Source of the DNA: Octopus sinensis
Taxonomy: Eukaryota
Assembly (NCBI RefSeq): GCF_006345805.1
Contig: NC_043016.1
Span: 30,070,001 to 30,134,000 of the forward strand
Direction: 5' to 3'
DNA: 64,000 bases
In this document: positions 1 to 13,063 of the stretch, piece after piece
Layout: the number at the start of each line of letters is the position of its first letter
How positions within the stretch are numbered: position 1 is the stretch's first letter
The notes under the pieces: generated by a model
Databases searched by the model: none
The model's input: the letters and a program-made list of their open reading frames with translations, nothing else
Told to the model about the DNA's origin: nothing
Made by a program: the position numbers and the translations under genes

Positions 1-325
1 GGGCCATATGGATCCTGGTTGCGAACCACTGATTTAGACCATAAAGTTCCAGTGACACTATATGAAAGAATATCATGTGAATATGAGTGTCTACCTATTA
101 TCACAGTTATGTCTTAGTTTTTTAAAATTACAGTTGAATTACAATTGTAACATTGTGAAAAATCATTCAACCTTTAAATAGTGGACACCATTAGTTGATG
201 TTTCAAAAATTTTATATAGAGACAGCCATCATCAAAGGAAATTGAATATTTTAGGACACTTTCCAATAATGAGATTGTAAATGTTTATGTGTAAGGTACT
301 AACAATTATTATAGCTTTTGTACTT

Positions 326-695
326 ATCATCATCATCATTATCGTTTAACACCTGTTTTCCATGCTAGCATGGGTTGGACGGTTTGACCGGGGTCTGGGA
401 AGCCAGGAGGCTGCACCACGCTCCAGTCTGGTCTAGCAGTGTTTCCACAGCTGGATGCTCTTCCTAATGCCAACCACTCTGTGAGTTTTATGGGTGCTTT
501 TTCATGCCACCGGCACAGGTGCCAAGGAAGGCTGGCAATGGCCACTATCCCACAATCAGTTGGTGCTTTTTATGTGCCATCGGCATGGAAGGCAGTTAAG
601 GTGGCGCTGGCATCGGCCATGTTTGGATGGTGCTTTTTATGTGCCACCAGCACAGGTATCACAACCACAATTTCCATTTGATTTTTATTTTGATG
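326..695 (-). mobile_element. 3' UTR/tail fragment of RTE LINE (or RTE-tail SINE)
   Basis: Reverse complement of the RTE 3' end seen after the ORF at 29690-30197; ends in (GAT)n. Confidence 0.8.
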
Positions 696-806
696 TTGAT
701 GTAAAGTGAAAATAAGTAATAAAAATTATCCTTAAGAAAACGAGATTTTTTTTTGTATTCTGCTCATTTGGCACTTACATTCATGCAACCCTTTCACACC
801 GTTTAA

Positions 807-991
807 CCCTTCAGCACTTAAACTGGCCAGATCCAGCCCAAATATTTTACTTGCTTTGTGCTCAAACCAGCCAGGTTGAGCCTCTCAAACCTACCCAACA
901 ATGTCTCATTCTAGAAGTAAACTATCAGATCATTGAAACAAGATAATGCATGCATCTGATAAAGTAATCTGAATGCTATTGGGGCTAAGGG
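807..991. mobile_element. piggyBac-like MITE
   Basis: TTAA|CCCTTCAGCA...GCTAAGGG|TTAA; related to 50216-50438. Confidence 0.75.
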
Positions 992-1380
992 TTAATGAGT
1001 GAGTTTAAAATTTGTACTAAATGTGTCATCTACACAACCCACAACCACTATTAAACAAAACAAGTATTAAACAACCAACTATTAAACAAAAGCAGTCTCT
1101 TTGTAGTACTAATATCCCCCCCCCCCCACACATATCTTCCTGATAGTCCTCCTACTACCAGTGTACACTCACTGCATTCCCTTCCACCTCCCGGTGAACT
1201 TACTTGATAGCTTACCCTCTCATCTCTATCCAACCCCTTTTACCGATTCACTTGTATACACCTCTCTGTAACATGAGGATACACCCTGACACATCCTCAT
1301 CATGATCTCTCCCCACACTCTTACCTAACTCCCTACCTCTCCTCCCTACCCCACCACCTCTCTCCCTATCTCTACAACTA

Positions 1381-1565
1381 ATTTCAGGGAGGGTTAAGTT
1401 GAGCACATCGACCTCAGTGTTCAGTTGGTACTTATCTTATTGACCCCTGGAAGGATGAAAGGCAAAGTCGACCTTGACAGAAATTGAACTCAGAACTGAA
1501 AGACAGATGAAATGATGCTAAGCATTTTGCCCTACATGCTGATAGTTCTGTCAGCTCGTGGCCTT
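1381..1565 (-). mobile_element. tRNA-derived SINE family A
   Basis: Pol III A/B-box-like head (TGGCAGAA..; GAGTTCAAATTCC) and core GCCTTTCATCCTTTCGGGGTCGATAAA on minus strand. Confidence 0.8.
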
Positions 1566-1721
1566 GTTAACCTTCATAATGCCAACCATTTCACTGAGTG
1601 TATAGGATGCAATTTTTAAAAAAATTTTTATTAGCTTCAGCACTGGTGAGATCATCTTGTAACTCTCAAGACTAAAGAAGTCTTCTTCAGTTCTTTAGTC
1701 ATCAATATTTTTCACTATCAA

Positions 1722-1930
1722 AAGGCGGCAAGCTGGCAGAATTGTTAGCACAATGAGCGAAATGCTTAACACTATTTTGTCTGTCTTTATGTTCTGAGTT
1801 CAAATTCTTCCACAGTTGACTTTACCTGTCATCATTTCTGGGTTCCATGAAATAAGTACCAATTGAGCACTGGGGTCAATGTAGTCATTGTAATTCAAAT
1901 TTTGGTCTTGTGCCAAAATTTGAAACCATT
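1722..1930 (+). mobile_element. SINE family A
   Basis: AAGGCGGCAAGCTGGCAGAA head, B box, diverged core. Confidence 0.8.
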
Positions 1931-1989
1931 ATTTTGCACTATTTCTGATTCTGAACTGCCTGTCAAGATTGTCAGTCTAACAACAATCT

Positions 1990-2405
1990 TATTTCTTTAT
2001 TGTGCACAAGGGGCTAAACATAGAGGGGACAAACAAGGACAGACAAAGGGATTAAATCGATTACATTGACCCCAGTGCGTAACTGGTACTTATTTAATTG
2101 ACCCCGAAAGGATGAAAGGCTAAGTCGACCTCGGTGGAATTTGAACTCAGAACGTAGCAGCAGATGAAATACCTATTTCTTTACTACCCACAAGGGGCTA
2201 AACACAGAGAGGACAAACAAAGACAGACAGATGGATTAAGTCGATTATATTGACCCCAGTGCATAACTGGTACTTATTTAATCAACCGTGAAAGGATGAA
2301 AGGCAAAGTCGACCTCGGCGGAATTTGAACTCAGAATGTAACGACAGACAAAATACTGCTAAGCATTTCGCCCGGCATGCTAACGTCTCTGCCAGCTTGC
2401 TGCCA
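1990..2405 (-). mobile_element. SINE family A head-to-tail dimer
   Basis: Two body+long-tail units, one head; junction at ~2168. Confidence 0.85.
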
Positions 2406-3186
2406 CAACAATCTTGACAGACCAGCAGTGCTCACAGTCTGATACCATCATTAGTGGAGTGAATACTTTTGGTCTGTTGCTAATAGGCTCGTTTTTTTTT
2501 CATAATTTTGGTGAGTCTCATTGGGACTTTCTACTGTGGCTTTGTATCCAAGAACATTGCTGTTGGGAGGATGTCTGTTGTCAGGTGGTAGTGAACAACA
2601 GCTATTTAGAATTTTTACTGTAAGCTTCCTAAGGAGTTTCAGGCAATGACTTTGAGATACGGTTGTTCTTTAGTGTTGTGCTGATGCATAAGATGTCAAA
2701 GGCTGAAAGAGAATAGGAGCCTGTCATATTAACAATATATTTCAATCTTGTGTTTGTATTAATTGTTGTCGAGTAGTCCAAGGCCAGACACTTCATCATC
2801 ACTATTTTGTGTTTTTTTTTCTATGAATTATGAACCAAGGGTCACCTTATGTAACATGTCCTTTTTTTAACATATAGGATGTGACTTGATGGAAAAGACT
2901 TTTTAATCATATTTCAAAATTCAGTGAGTATCCCAGGAAAAAAAAAAATCCATAGCCATTGTTCACAAGTGTGTAAACATGTACAGTAATGTCTTGATAT
3001 ATGAGTTAAATTTGTTCCTGGAGACTTCTTGTAAAGAAGGGCAATAATTCTCCATAGCAATATTATAAATTGTAATTTGTTCCCAGAAAAATATTTTAGC
3101 AATAAAATTTATAACTCTCTTAAATAAATGGCAATAAAACAACAGTAGAATGTAAAGAATATTTTAGGTAAAGTAAAAACAATGTC

Positions 3187-3347
3187 AAGAACGGAGTGGT
3201 TGGCGTTAGGAAGGGCATCCAGGTGTAGAAACTCTGCCAGATCAGACTGGAGCCTGGTGCAGCCTCCTGGCTTCCCAGACCCCGGTCGAACTGTCCAACC
3301 CATGCTAGCACGGAAAACGGATGTTAAACGATGATGATGATTTATGA
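3187..3347 (+). mobile_element. RTE 3' tail fragment
   Basis: GGAGTGGTTGGCGTTAGGAAGGGCATCCAG...AAACGATGATGATG. Confidence 0.8.
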
Positions 3348-3451
3348 TAAAAAACATTATTATTATAATTGTTTTCTGAATCACTTTCACTTGCACTAGA
3401 CTTGCGCACACTATCACTTGTACACTTGATTGCTGATTCACAAGCATTCAG

Positions 3452-3712
3452 TCACTTTACTGGCACCTGTGCTAGTGGCATGTGTAAAAAGATTCGAGCG
3501 AGGTTGTTGCCAGTACCGCCTGACTGCTTCCCGTGCTAGTAGCATCTAAAAAGCACCCACTAGAACTCTCGGAGTGGTTGGCGTTAGGAAGAGCATTCAG
3601 CTGTAGAATCTCTGCCAAATCAAGATTGGAGCCTGGTGCAGCCATCTCAGTCAAAATCGTCGAACCCACGTCCGCATGGAAAGCGGACGTTAAATGATGA
3701 TCATGATGATGA
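3452..3712 (+). mobile_element. RTE 3' tail fragment
   Basis: Same tail consensus plus upstream GTAAAAAGCACC motif units. Confidence 0.8.
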
Positions 3713-4515
3713 GAGTTGTTTGCTTAGAAGCAGCTTTTCTTTACTCTCTATAAATTTCACAGTAACACACAGAAGCATTTGTTAAGGTAGTAGAAACTTT
3801 TGCACTTTGTTCAAATTTTGGGTCTTGTGCTTGAAAAATAAAACCCATAAACCCGGAGTCTTGTAAAGGTATTACTGCACCATGCTTTTGTTTAAGTGCT
3901 TTAGGTGACTATGTAGTCTTGACACAATCTTGTCACTACCTCCCTGGACCCAGTGAGTGAAACATTGAGAACGTGACAGAGTGGTTAAAATGCTACACTA
4001 GTGTTTGGCTTGTACTAATTTTTTTATTTGAGTAGACTGGAGTTACAGAGAAGAATTAAGTATCTTGTTCAAGGACAAATGTGCCATGCTCTCTAGGAAT
4101 TGAATCCATCATCATATGATCTACAATTGAGCACTCCTAACTATTAGACCATGTGCCTTCACAGCCCTCTAAAAGATGATCCAAAATATCTTTTGCTGTT
4201 TTGCTTCTTTTTAAGGTGGTTCTCAGCTGAGGTCAATATGACCTTTAGCAGTCCATATAAGATTTTGTTGTTAAAATTTATGTGCAATAAACTGTCTATA
4301 TTTCTACAATACACAAAATATTTCAAAAATTTTGTTAAACATTTCTTAATAATAATCAAATTATAAAATCATCATAGGATGTCTTTTATACACATTGAAT
4401 GGCTGTTAGGGGTCTTGTTGAATAAAATAGGAATCAAAGGGGGTCCATATGCAAAAAATGGTTGAGAGTTACTGGACTGGAACCATGAACCATGAAGGAA
4501 TTTTTCTCCTCACAC

Positions 4516-5082
4516 AGGTGCAGGTATGGCTGTGTGGTAAGAAGTTTGCTTCCCAACCACATGTTTCTGGGTTCAGTCCCACTTTGTGAAACCTAGACAA
4601 ATGTTTTCTACTATAGCCTTGGGTCAACCAAAGCCTTGTGAGTAGGCTTGGTAGATGGAAACTGAAAGAAGCTTATTGTATAACTATATGTGTGTGTGTG
4701 TCTTTGTGTCTGTATTTGCTCCCCCCCCCATTGCTTGACAGCCAGTGTTAGTGTAAATTACTATTTTTAAATCTCACAGTGTGAGATATTCAGCAACAGT
4801 ACTTTGTAGTAAAGATTGTTTGCCAACATAACATGGTAGTCCTGGTCTAGGATAAATGTTGCTGTAATTTAGCCCCAGGGGACATTGCCTCCTGGGACTA
4901 AATACACCAGTGTTGGTGTATTTACATCCTCATAACTTAGTTGTTTGGCAAAAGAGACCAATAGAATAAGTACTAGGCTTGAAAAAAAAATTCCTGGGAT
5001 CAATTTGTTCGACTAAAACCCTCCAAGCTAGTACCCTAGCATGGCCGCAGTCCAATGACTGAAGTAAGTAAAAGATAAAAGA
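4516..5082 (+). mobile_element. tRNA-derived SINE family B with internal (TG)n and a secondary insertion
   Basis: tRNA-like head, internal microsatellite, tail AGCATGGCCGCAGTCCAATGACTGAA. Confidence 0.8.
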
Positions 5083-5954
5083 TTTCTAGTGATTGCTTTT
5101 TTATGGAAGCTCAAGAATTCTAATCTTAATTTTTTTTTAATCTTGTATTAAACAAGAAATTTGGTAATTAATTGGAAACATAAAAATTTGACCTTATTCT
5201 ATGTCATGCACTAACAAGTAATTGAGGTTGAATTATAAGCAAACATATGCAAATGAAGAAAAACAGCCCATATAGATAATTTGTTATAAAATGCTACAAT
5301 GTGTAAATTTCATTCTACCACAGCAATATCAGAGGCTTTGACAGTACTAATTACTTCATAATAAGCTGCTGTATTAAGCACAAAATTTGATTACTTCTGT
5401 TTTGAGGTGCAAATTTCCATTGTTTCTTTCTTTCATCAACACTGATGTTTTCTTTGAGTCTTTTAACTTTCCCAATAATTTTCAATGGTCTTTCTTCCTC
5501 CTTTAATCTCCATTAACCTCCATTTACTAACAGCACTATTTTCTGTTTTCTTTTGTCGATCCTGCATCCCACCCCCCTCTCCTACAGATCTTCTAAAAGT
5601 ATTTGTTATTACATCCTTTTTTTTTTTTTTTTTTTTACATACTTCAGTGTGGATCAGATTGTTGAATAACCAACCATCACATACTCTGATGTGAAGCAAA
5701 TTGCAGAGTATTATTTAATAAAAGTAAAATGCAAATGTTGCTCAACTTTTGCTAAAATTACCTTCTATGCATGCATGCATACACACACACACACAACTGC
5801 GTACACACAGATGTACAATAGCTATATGGGAATTGTAAGCGGGGTAACAGAAAAGAAAGATGTAATGTGTTAGAAGATAAAATGTGTAGAAGTAATAAAT
5901 TCTTTCCAATATTCAGAAGCCTCTGTTGATGGTGTTGATATCTTCTGTTACTTA

Positions 5955-6170
5955 GGGTAGCGAGCTGGCAGAAACGTTAGCACGCCGGGTGAAATGCTTA
6001 GTGGTATTTTGTCTGTCTTTATGTTCTGAGTTCAAATTCCGCCAAGGTTGACTTTACCTTTCATCCTTTCGGGGTCGATAAATAAAGTACCAGTTACGCA
6101 CTGGGGTCGATCTAATCGACTGCCCCACCTCCCCCAATATTTCAGGCCTTGTGCCTAGAGTAGAAAAGGA
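5955..6170 (+). mobile_element. SINE family A (short tail) with 15-bp TSD
   Basis: CTTCTGTTACTTAGG at 5942-5956 and 6174-6188. Confidence 0.9.
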
Positions 6171-6299
6171 TACCTTCTGTTACTTAGGTGACCTAATTAG
6201 CAGAGTAACCAGATTAAGAACGCTGCTGAAAAAGTCCTGGGAGCAACAAAGGGACATAGACACATGTATGCATTTGCACACACACACACACATACACAC

Positions 6300-6600
6300 A
6301 CATTGGTACTCCACCGGTTGCAACGATGAGTGTTCCAGCTGATCCAATCAATGGAACAGCCTGCTCGTGAAATTAACATGCAAGTGGCTGAGTACTCCTC
6401 AGACATGTGTACCCTTAACGTAGTTCTCAGAGAAATTCAATGTGACGCAGAATGTGACAAGGCTGGCCCCTTTGAATTACAGGTACAACTCAGTTTTGCC
6501 AGCTGAGTGGACTGCAGCAAAGTGAGAGTAAAGTGTCTTGCTCAAGGCAATCAAACTCTTGATCTTACAATCATGAGCCAAATACCCTGACCACTAAGAC
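6300..6600 (-). mobile_element. tRNA-derived SINE family E
   Basis: Head GTCTTAGTGGTCAGGGT..; shares CAGTCCACTCAGCTGGCAAAA core with family D. Confidence 0.65.
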
Positions 6601-7640
6601 ACACACACAAATAACACACATAACACACACGACACACACACATAACACACACACACACACACATAACACACACGCACAACACACACATAACACACACACA
6701 CATAACACACACACACATAACACACACACACAACACACATAACACACACACAACACACACACATAACACACACACACACATAACACACACACACATAACA
6801 CACACACATAACATACACACATAACACACATACACAACACACACAACACACATAACACACACACATAACACACATACGCATATACACATACAACACCCAC
6901 ATGCATATATGCACACAACACCCACATACATATATATACACACAAAACCCACATACATATATATACACACAACACCCACATATATATACACACAACACCC
7001 ACATATATACACACAACACCCACATACATATATACACACAACACCCACATACATATATACACACAACACCCACATACATATATACACACAACACCCACAT
7101 ACATATATATACACAATACCTACATACATATATACACACAACACCCACATATATACACACAACACCCACATACATATATACACACAACACCCACATACAT
7201 ATATACACACAATACCTACATAAACATATACACACACACATACATATATACACACCACACACCACACACATATACACACACCACACACATATACACACAC
7301 CACACACATATACACACACCACAAACATACATGTATACACATACCACATGCATACACATATACACACACATTTACACAACACACATACACATATACACAT
7401 ACCACACAACACATGTATACACACAACACACACATGCGTGTATACACAACACACATGTATACACACACGACACCTACACATGTACACACACCACACACAT
7501 ATACACACAACACACATACACATATATACACAACACACATACACATATATACACAACACACACCACCACACACATACACAAACACACACCATACATCCAC
7601 ATATACACACGCATACATATATACACACACACACATATTT
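6600..7640. repeat. Compound (CA)n/(CATA)n microsatellite
   Basis: Direct reading; explains Cys/Val- and His/Thr-rich ORFs. Confidence 0.95.
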
Positions 7641-7826
7641 ATCATACTCTCCACATTTATGCCATCCTGTTTGTGTCATCAACATCATCTCACATATCAG
7701 CCTGTTTGTGTCATCCCCTCACACTTGCACTCACTCTTATCTCCTCATTGACACAGTTTTGATTTTTACCACCCACAAATATCCCATACACCACTATACT
7801 TCAACACGTATAGACTTCTACACGTA

Positions 7827-8394
7827 TAAAGTGCATTCCAGAAGTTTTGAGACTTTTTCCAGGAGAGACATTTATTAATTTCAAAGAAGTACAAAACCCT
7901 AATCCCCTTCAAAATAGGACCCTCTGACTTCAATACATTTGTTGTAGTGCTCTAGTTACATTGTGAAGGGCTCCATTGAAGTCCTCCAAAGTGAAGGTTT
8001 CCAGGGCCCTTGTCACAACTTCCTTTGTCTTCTCAATGTCTTCAAAGCAATTGCCCCTTAGGTTCTCCTTCGGTTTGGAGGACAACCGAAAGACACAAAG
8101 AGCAAGGGCTGGAGTGATGGGAGGGAGTGGGCCAATTTTGATGCTCTGTCAAGTAGTTTGGTTACCAGGATGGAACTGTGAATTGGTGCATTGTGCAGGT
8201 GCCATTGACCTGCACCATGAAAGAATTCTGGCCTTTGGCAATGAAACCTCTTCTTGAACTTCCTCAAAACCTCCACAAAGTAATTCTTTGTTGACTGTCT
8301 GACCAGAGAGAACTCAGTGAATGTAGATGGTACCCTCACAGTTGAAAAAGGAGACCACCATAAGCTTCTTGTGCCAGTTAGAAATGGATGCTTG
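7827..8394 (-). mobile_element. mariner transposase 3' remnant (pseudogene)
   Basis: Minus translation YFVEVLRKFKKRF..RPE..WHL-HNAPIHSSILV, then CFEDIEKTKEVVT; terminus next to TA at 7825. Confidence 0.8.
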
Positions 8395-8600
8395 TAAGGT
8401 GGCGAGCTGGCAGAAACGTTAGTACACCAGGCGAAATGCTTAGCGGTATTTCCTTTGCTCCTAAGTTCTGAGTTCAAATTCCGCCAGGGTCGATTAAATA
8501 AGTACCAGTTATGCACTGTCAGTGATATAATCGACTTAATCCGTTTGTCTGTCCTTGTTTGTCCCCTCTGTGTGTAGCCCCTTGTGGGCAGAAAAGAAAT
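8395..8600 (+). mobile_element. SINE family A, internally deleted
   Basis: Head and long tail; flanking GATGCTTGTA duplication. Confidence 0.8.
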
Positions 8601-9049
8601 AATAGATGCTTGTATTATACAAGTTAATTCATAAGCAATTTGAAGCATTTCATAAGATTCTGTAGTATTTTTCCCCTGTTAAATGCAAAATATTATTGCC
8701 TAGTAAACTTCCAAATTGTCGTGACATCTCAACAGTATTCCGCAAACTAGTCAGCTGTGTTAAGCACTGTTTAGTAGTGTATGTTCAAAGTGCTTTTACA
8801 GCCATCTCCTTTACTCTGGAATAACAAAAGTTGGCAGGGCAGCTTATTAGATGTATATTAATAATATACTAAAATTACGATAGTCTAGGACAGTTGTAAC
8901 TACCTCTTCCAAAAAATCTCAAAACTTCTGTGCATACACCATGCTGAAACATTCACATACTCACACAGTTTCTCCCTTATACACACTTCCAGACATAGAT
9001 GCAACTATTCATGCTCACCTCTCCCCCATCTTAACTCTTCTCCCCTCTT

Positions 9050-9290
9050 GTGGAGGTGTATGGCTTAATGGTTAATGTGTTGGACTTACGATCATAAAAA
9101 TGTGGTTTCGAATCCTGGTCCAGGTGGTGCATTTTCTTGAATAAAACATTTTATTTCACGTTGCTCCTGTCCACTCAGCAGGCAAAAACAAATAACCCCG
9201 CAATGGATTGGCACCCCATCCAGTGGGGGAATATATACAGCACAGAAACTGGAAAACCAGCCGTATGAGTCTATCCTGTTTGTTTTTTTT
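9050..9290 (+). mobile_element. tRNA-derived SINE family D
   Basis: Diverged copy of 42771-43022. Confidence 0.7.
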
Positions 9291-9445
9291 TTTCCCCATG
9301 GAACAACATTCTGCCCTGGTTTCTAACCTTTCACCTCCTTTTTCTTTTCTCACACTGACCATTCCTATTTCTTACTCCCTCTGCATTTCCTTCTCTTTCT
9401 TCTGATAAAGACCTAATATTAAGATACTTTGCCTTTCCATTAAAT

Positions 9446-9964
9446 CAGTGGTTCCCTATTAGGTCCATATGACACCATGAAAGTCCATGTGAGATTTATG
9501 CGGATCCACACTAGCAAAATAGCAACTTGGAGAACCACAATAGTAGTTTAAGTGTCCATGTAAAGTTTGATTTAAATGCATGTATTACAAAAAACTGCTG
9601 GGTTTCTTTCTCTAACATTTTACATAGTTCAACCTACACAAGTTGAATGGGAATTTTGAAAGAAATTTCTATAAAACTAGTTTTTAAACATTGAATGGTT
9701 ATGGGGTCCACCGGAATAAATTAGTAATCAAAAGGGTCCATAGATAAAAGAAATGGTTGAGAACCTTTGCATTATATGTATGTATTGGTATTTATTGTAG
9801 TCTTACATAGTTCAGCCTACACAAGATAATGTGTGAAAAACAAAATAAGAATTTTGAAAGAAGTATCTATAAAACTAGGTTTTAAACATTAAATGGCTAT
9901 GAGACCCACCAGAATAAAATAGTAACCAAAGGGGTCCAGTGATAAAAATGGTTGAGAAACACTG
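9446..9964. mobile_element. hAT (Charlie-like) MITE
   Basis: CAGTGGTTCC...GAAACACTG termini; 8-bp TSD CATTAAAT (9438-9445, 9965-9972); internal duplicated half. Confidence 0.8.
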
Positions 9965-10696
9965 CATTAAATCGTTAAGATATTTGCTTTTGTTGAACCT
10001 TGTTCCTCCTGGAGTAAAAATTTTTGCCAGTCCTGGTTTAGGATGAATGTTGCTGTAATTTAGCCTTCGTCTCCAGCTGGCTAGATGACATGATCTGTGT
10101 CCTGTGTTGTACTTGTTATTGTTCATTATATTTACACATACATACATACATACACATGTGTTTGTTTGTGTCCTTGTCTTGCTATAGTTGTAAACAAGCA
10201 CCACCATCATACAAGCAGAGTCCTTTTCCACTTTTCCATGAGAAGATGTCTGACCTTGGGGAAATATTACCTTGCTTAGAAACAAGTAAGAGATTGGAGG
10301 TAGGAAGCACATCTGGTTGTAGAAAATCTACCTCACGGAATTCTATCTGATCTTTCAAGCATATCCTATTACCAACTTTTACGACATTTTCAAATAAATA
10401 ATCTCTTATTCCTTGTGCTTTTGAATGTGGTGAGCCAGCAGATAATTTATTGAGAGAGAAAAAGGTCAACAATATCACTGCTTTCCCAACCAAATGGTTC
10501 TGTGTTCGGTCCCACTGCGTGGAACCTTGGGCAAGTCTTCTATTACAAACTTGGGCCAATCAAAGCCTTGTGAGTGGATTTGGTAGATGGAAACTGAAAC
10601 GAATCCATTGTATATGTGTGTGCGTGTGTGTGTGTATACACACACATATGTATATGCATGTTTATGTACATAGCTTTTATATATATTTTTTTATAT

Positions 10697-12720
10697 ATCA
10701 TCATCACTTAATATCTGTTGTCCATGCTGGCACGGGTTGGACAGTTTGACCAGAACTTGCAAGCTGGGAAACTACACGAGACTCCAATCTGCCTTGGCAT
10801 GGTTTCTACAGCTGGATGCTCTTCCTAACACCAACCACTTCATAGAGTGTGCTGGATGCTTTTGTATGGCACCTCATGGGCACTTTTATGTGACACTGCA
10901 TAGGTGCTTTTATGTGGCACTGCATGGGTGCTTTACATGGTGCTGTCACAAGTGCTTTACACCACCAGAGGGACCAATCTTAACACTTCTGCTGCAGAAT
11001 ACAGGTCTTCTTGAGTACAGCAAGGTGCCAGGCATCTTGGTCCTTTGTCATCTCACCTTAAGGGTTCAGCGTCCTTAGGTCACTCTTCAGCATTTCATCC
11101 CATGTCTTCCTGGATCTCCCACTTCCACATGTTCCATCTATTTTGAGAGATTGGCTCTTCTTTATGAAGTTGTGGATGTCCATCCGCATCACATAACCAA
11201 ACCAACACAGTCCCCTCTTTTGCCCACAACAACTAATTTCTCTTATGCCTAACTTCTCTCTCAAAACACTAATACTCTGTTGAACATGTACACTTACATT
11301 CCACATCCAGCTGAGCATACTATCCTCATTCCTTTCTAACTTTTGCATATTCTCTGCATTCAAGGCCCTCGTCTCATTACCATGTAGAATTACTGTCTGT
11401 ATACATGCATCATACAATCTTCCTTTCACTCGGAGACAGAAGCCTTTCGTGGGCAACAGAGGCAACAGCTCTCTGAATTTTCTCCATCCTATTCTTATTC
11501 TAGCTATCACACACACTCTGTACATCCTCCCCCAGCATCAATTTGGTCCCCTAGGAAGCAGAAATTATCTACTACCTCCTGAGTTTCTAAAGTTTTTATA
11601 GATCCTGTGCATCTTCCACATACAAAAACTATCTTCTTTGACAACTTTCCTAATGATCAGCTGCACCTCTTGTGTGTCCATAGTTTACACTGGATACACC
11701 ATATTGAGTTTCTGTCTATACTTTTCCTACAAACTGAACAGAGCCACCTACTTGAGTGAAGTAGAGTCCTATCAGTTTTCTTGCTTACTAGGACCTTAGT
11801 ATTTGCCAAGTTAACTTTAAGGCCTTTATATTCCAGGTTTTGCTTCCACACCTGGAATTTCTCATCTAGCTCTGATAAGGAGTCTGCTATGAGGGCAAGG
11901 TCATCAGCATATAGTAATTCTCAGGGGCTGCCAGCCTTGAATTCCTCTGTTATGGCCTGGAGGACAATGATGAAAGGGAGGGGACTAAGGACTGAGCCTT
12001 AATGAACCCTTACATGTAAACCAAATTCTTTGCTGTACTCGTGGTTAACTCTCACTTTACTGACAGTGTCTTTGTAGATGGCCTGTACAGCTTTCGCCAG
12101 CCACTCTTCTATCTCTAACCTCCTCAGTGCCCACCATATCATACAGCGGGGCACTCTATCAAAGGTCTTCTCTAGATCAACAAATGCCAAGTATATTGGC
12201 TCATTCTTAGCTAAGTACTTCTCTTGCAGTTGTCTGACCATGAAAATAGCATCAGTAGTGCTTCTTCTCTGGATGAAGCCAAACTGCATTTCATCTAGCC
12301 TAATCCTGCTCCTAATTAATTGGGCTATAACTCTCTTTGTAATTTTCATCACCTGCTTCAGGAGTTTGATGCCTCTATAATTGTTTCTATCTAAAGCATC
12401 ACCTTGCCCTTGTAGCAGCTAACAATTAGGCTGCTATACCAGTCACTGGGTATTACATCTTCCTGAATAACCTAATTAACTATGCAGATGACTAGCCCAT
12501 ACATTACCTTTGCAGATATTTTGAGCATCTCAGTCATGATTCCAGATGGACCAGGGGTTTTCCTGATTTTCATGGTTTTAATTGCCTTATCTACCATACT
12601 GCTGTCCACTAGGATAGTTAGTCCCTCTGTTGGGTTCATATGAGGGAGACTCTCTTTATCCCATTCATTCTCTACATTCAACAGTCTTGCATAGTAACTT
12701 TTCTATACCTCTTTCTTGTC
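10697..12720 (-). mobile_element. 5'-truncated, disrupted RTE-clade LINE
   Basis: RT motifs QFGF..RSTTDAIF, LAFVDLEKTFDRVP, YADD region, PHD-like Cys/His cluster, 3' UTR and (GAT)n tail. Confidence 0.92.
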
Positions 12721-12809
12721 CACATCATTAAGTGCAAGCACACCATTATCCATCCACACACACTTTACTCCCTATAATATCTCAATTCTCACTGACTCAT
12801 TGTTTAGCA

Positions 12810-12871
<62 letters not shown>

Positions 12872-12891
12872 GAAACTGACTTATTGGAAGT

Positions 12892-12934
12892 CCACCTGAA
12901 GATTGTCGATCAAGACAAGAAACAATTGTAGTGG
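12892..12934 (+). ncRNA. Minimal type I hammerhead ribozyme within a Penelope-like fragment (12870-13024)
   Basis: CCAC-CTGAAGA-TTGTC(gatcaa)GACAA-GAAA-CAATTG-TA-GTGG: full core, helix I 4 bp, helix II 5 bp, palindromic helix III ACAATTGT. Confidence 0.8.
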
Positions 12935-13017
12935 CGGTTTTTTTGACTATTAAAATTTTATGTATTGATTAAGTCTTTCCTTGTTTGTTTTGCAAAATAG
13001 TGGTTTTGTCTCTAATA

Positions 13018-13063
<46 letters not shown>

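Noticed and set aside
1722-1800. tRNA genes at SINE heads
   Set aside because: A/B boxes present but no complete cloverleaf; continuous with SINE bodies
2878-2924. AG..GTGAGT-bounded segment as MZT2 upstream exon
   Set aside because: Stops in all three frames; no MZT2 similarity
6551-7878. Long Cys/Val/Tyr- and His/Thr-rich ORFs (also 17.4-22.6, 41.9-42.4, 58.4-59.2 kb)
   Set aside because: Translations of CA/TA microsatellites; open in several frames on both strands
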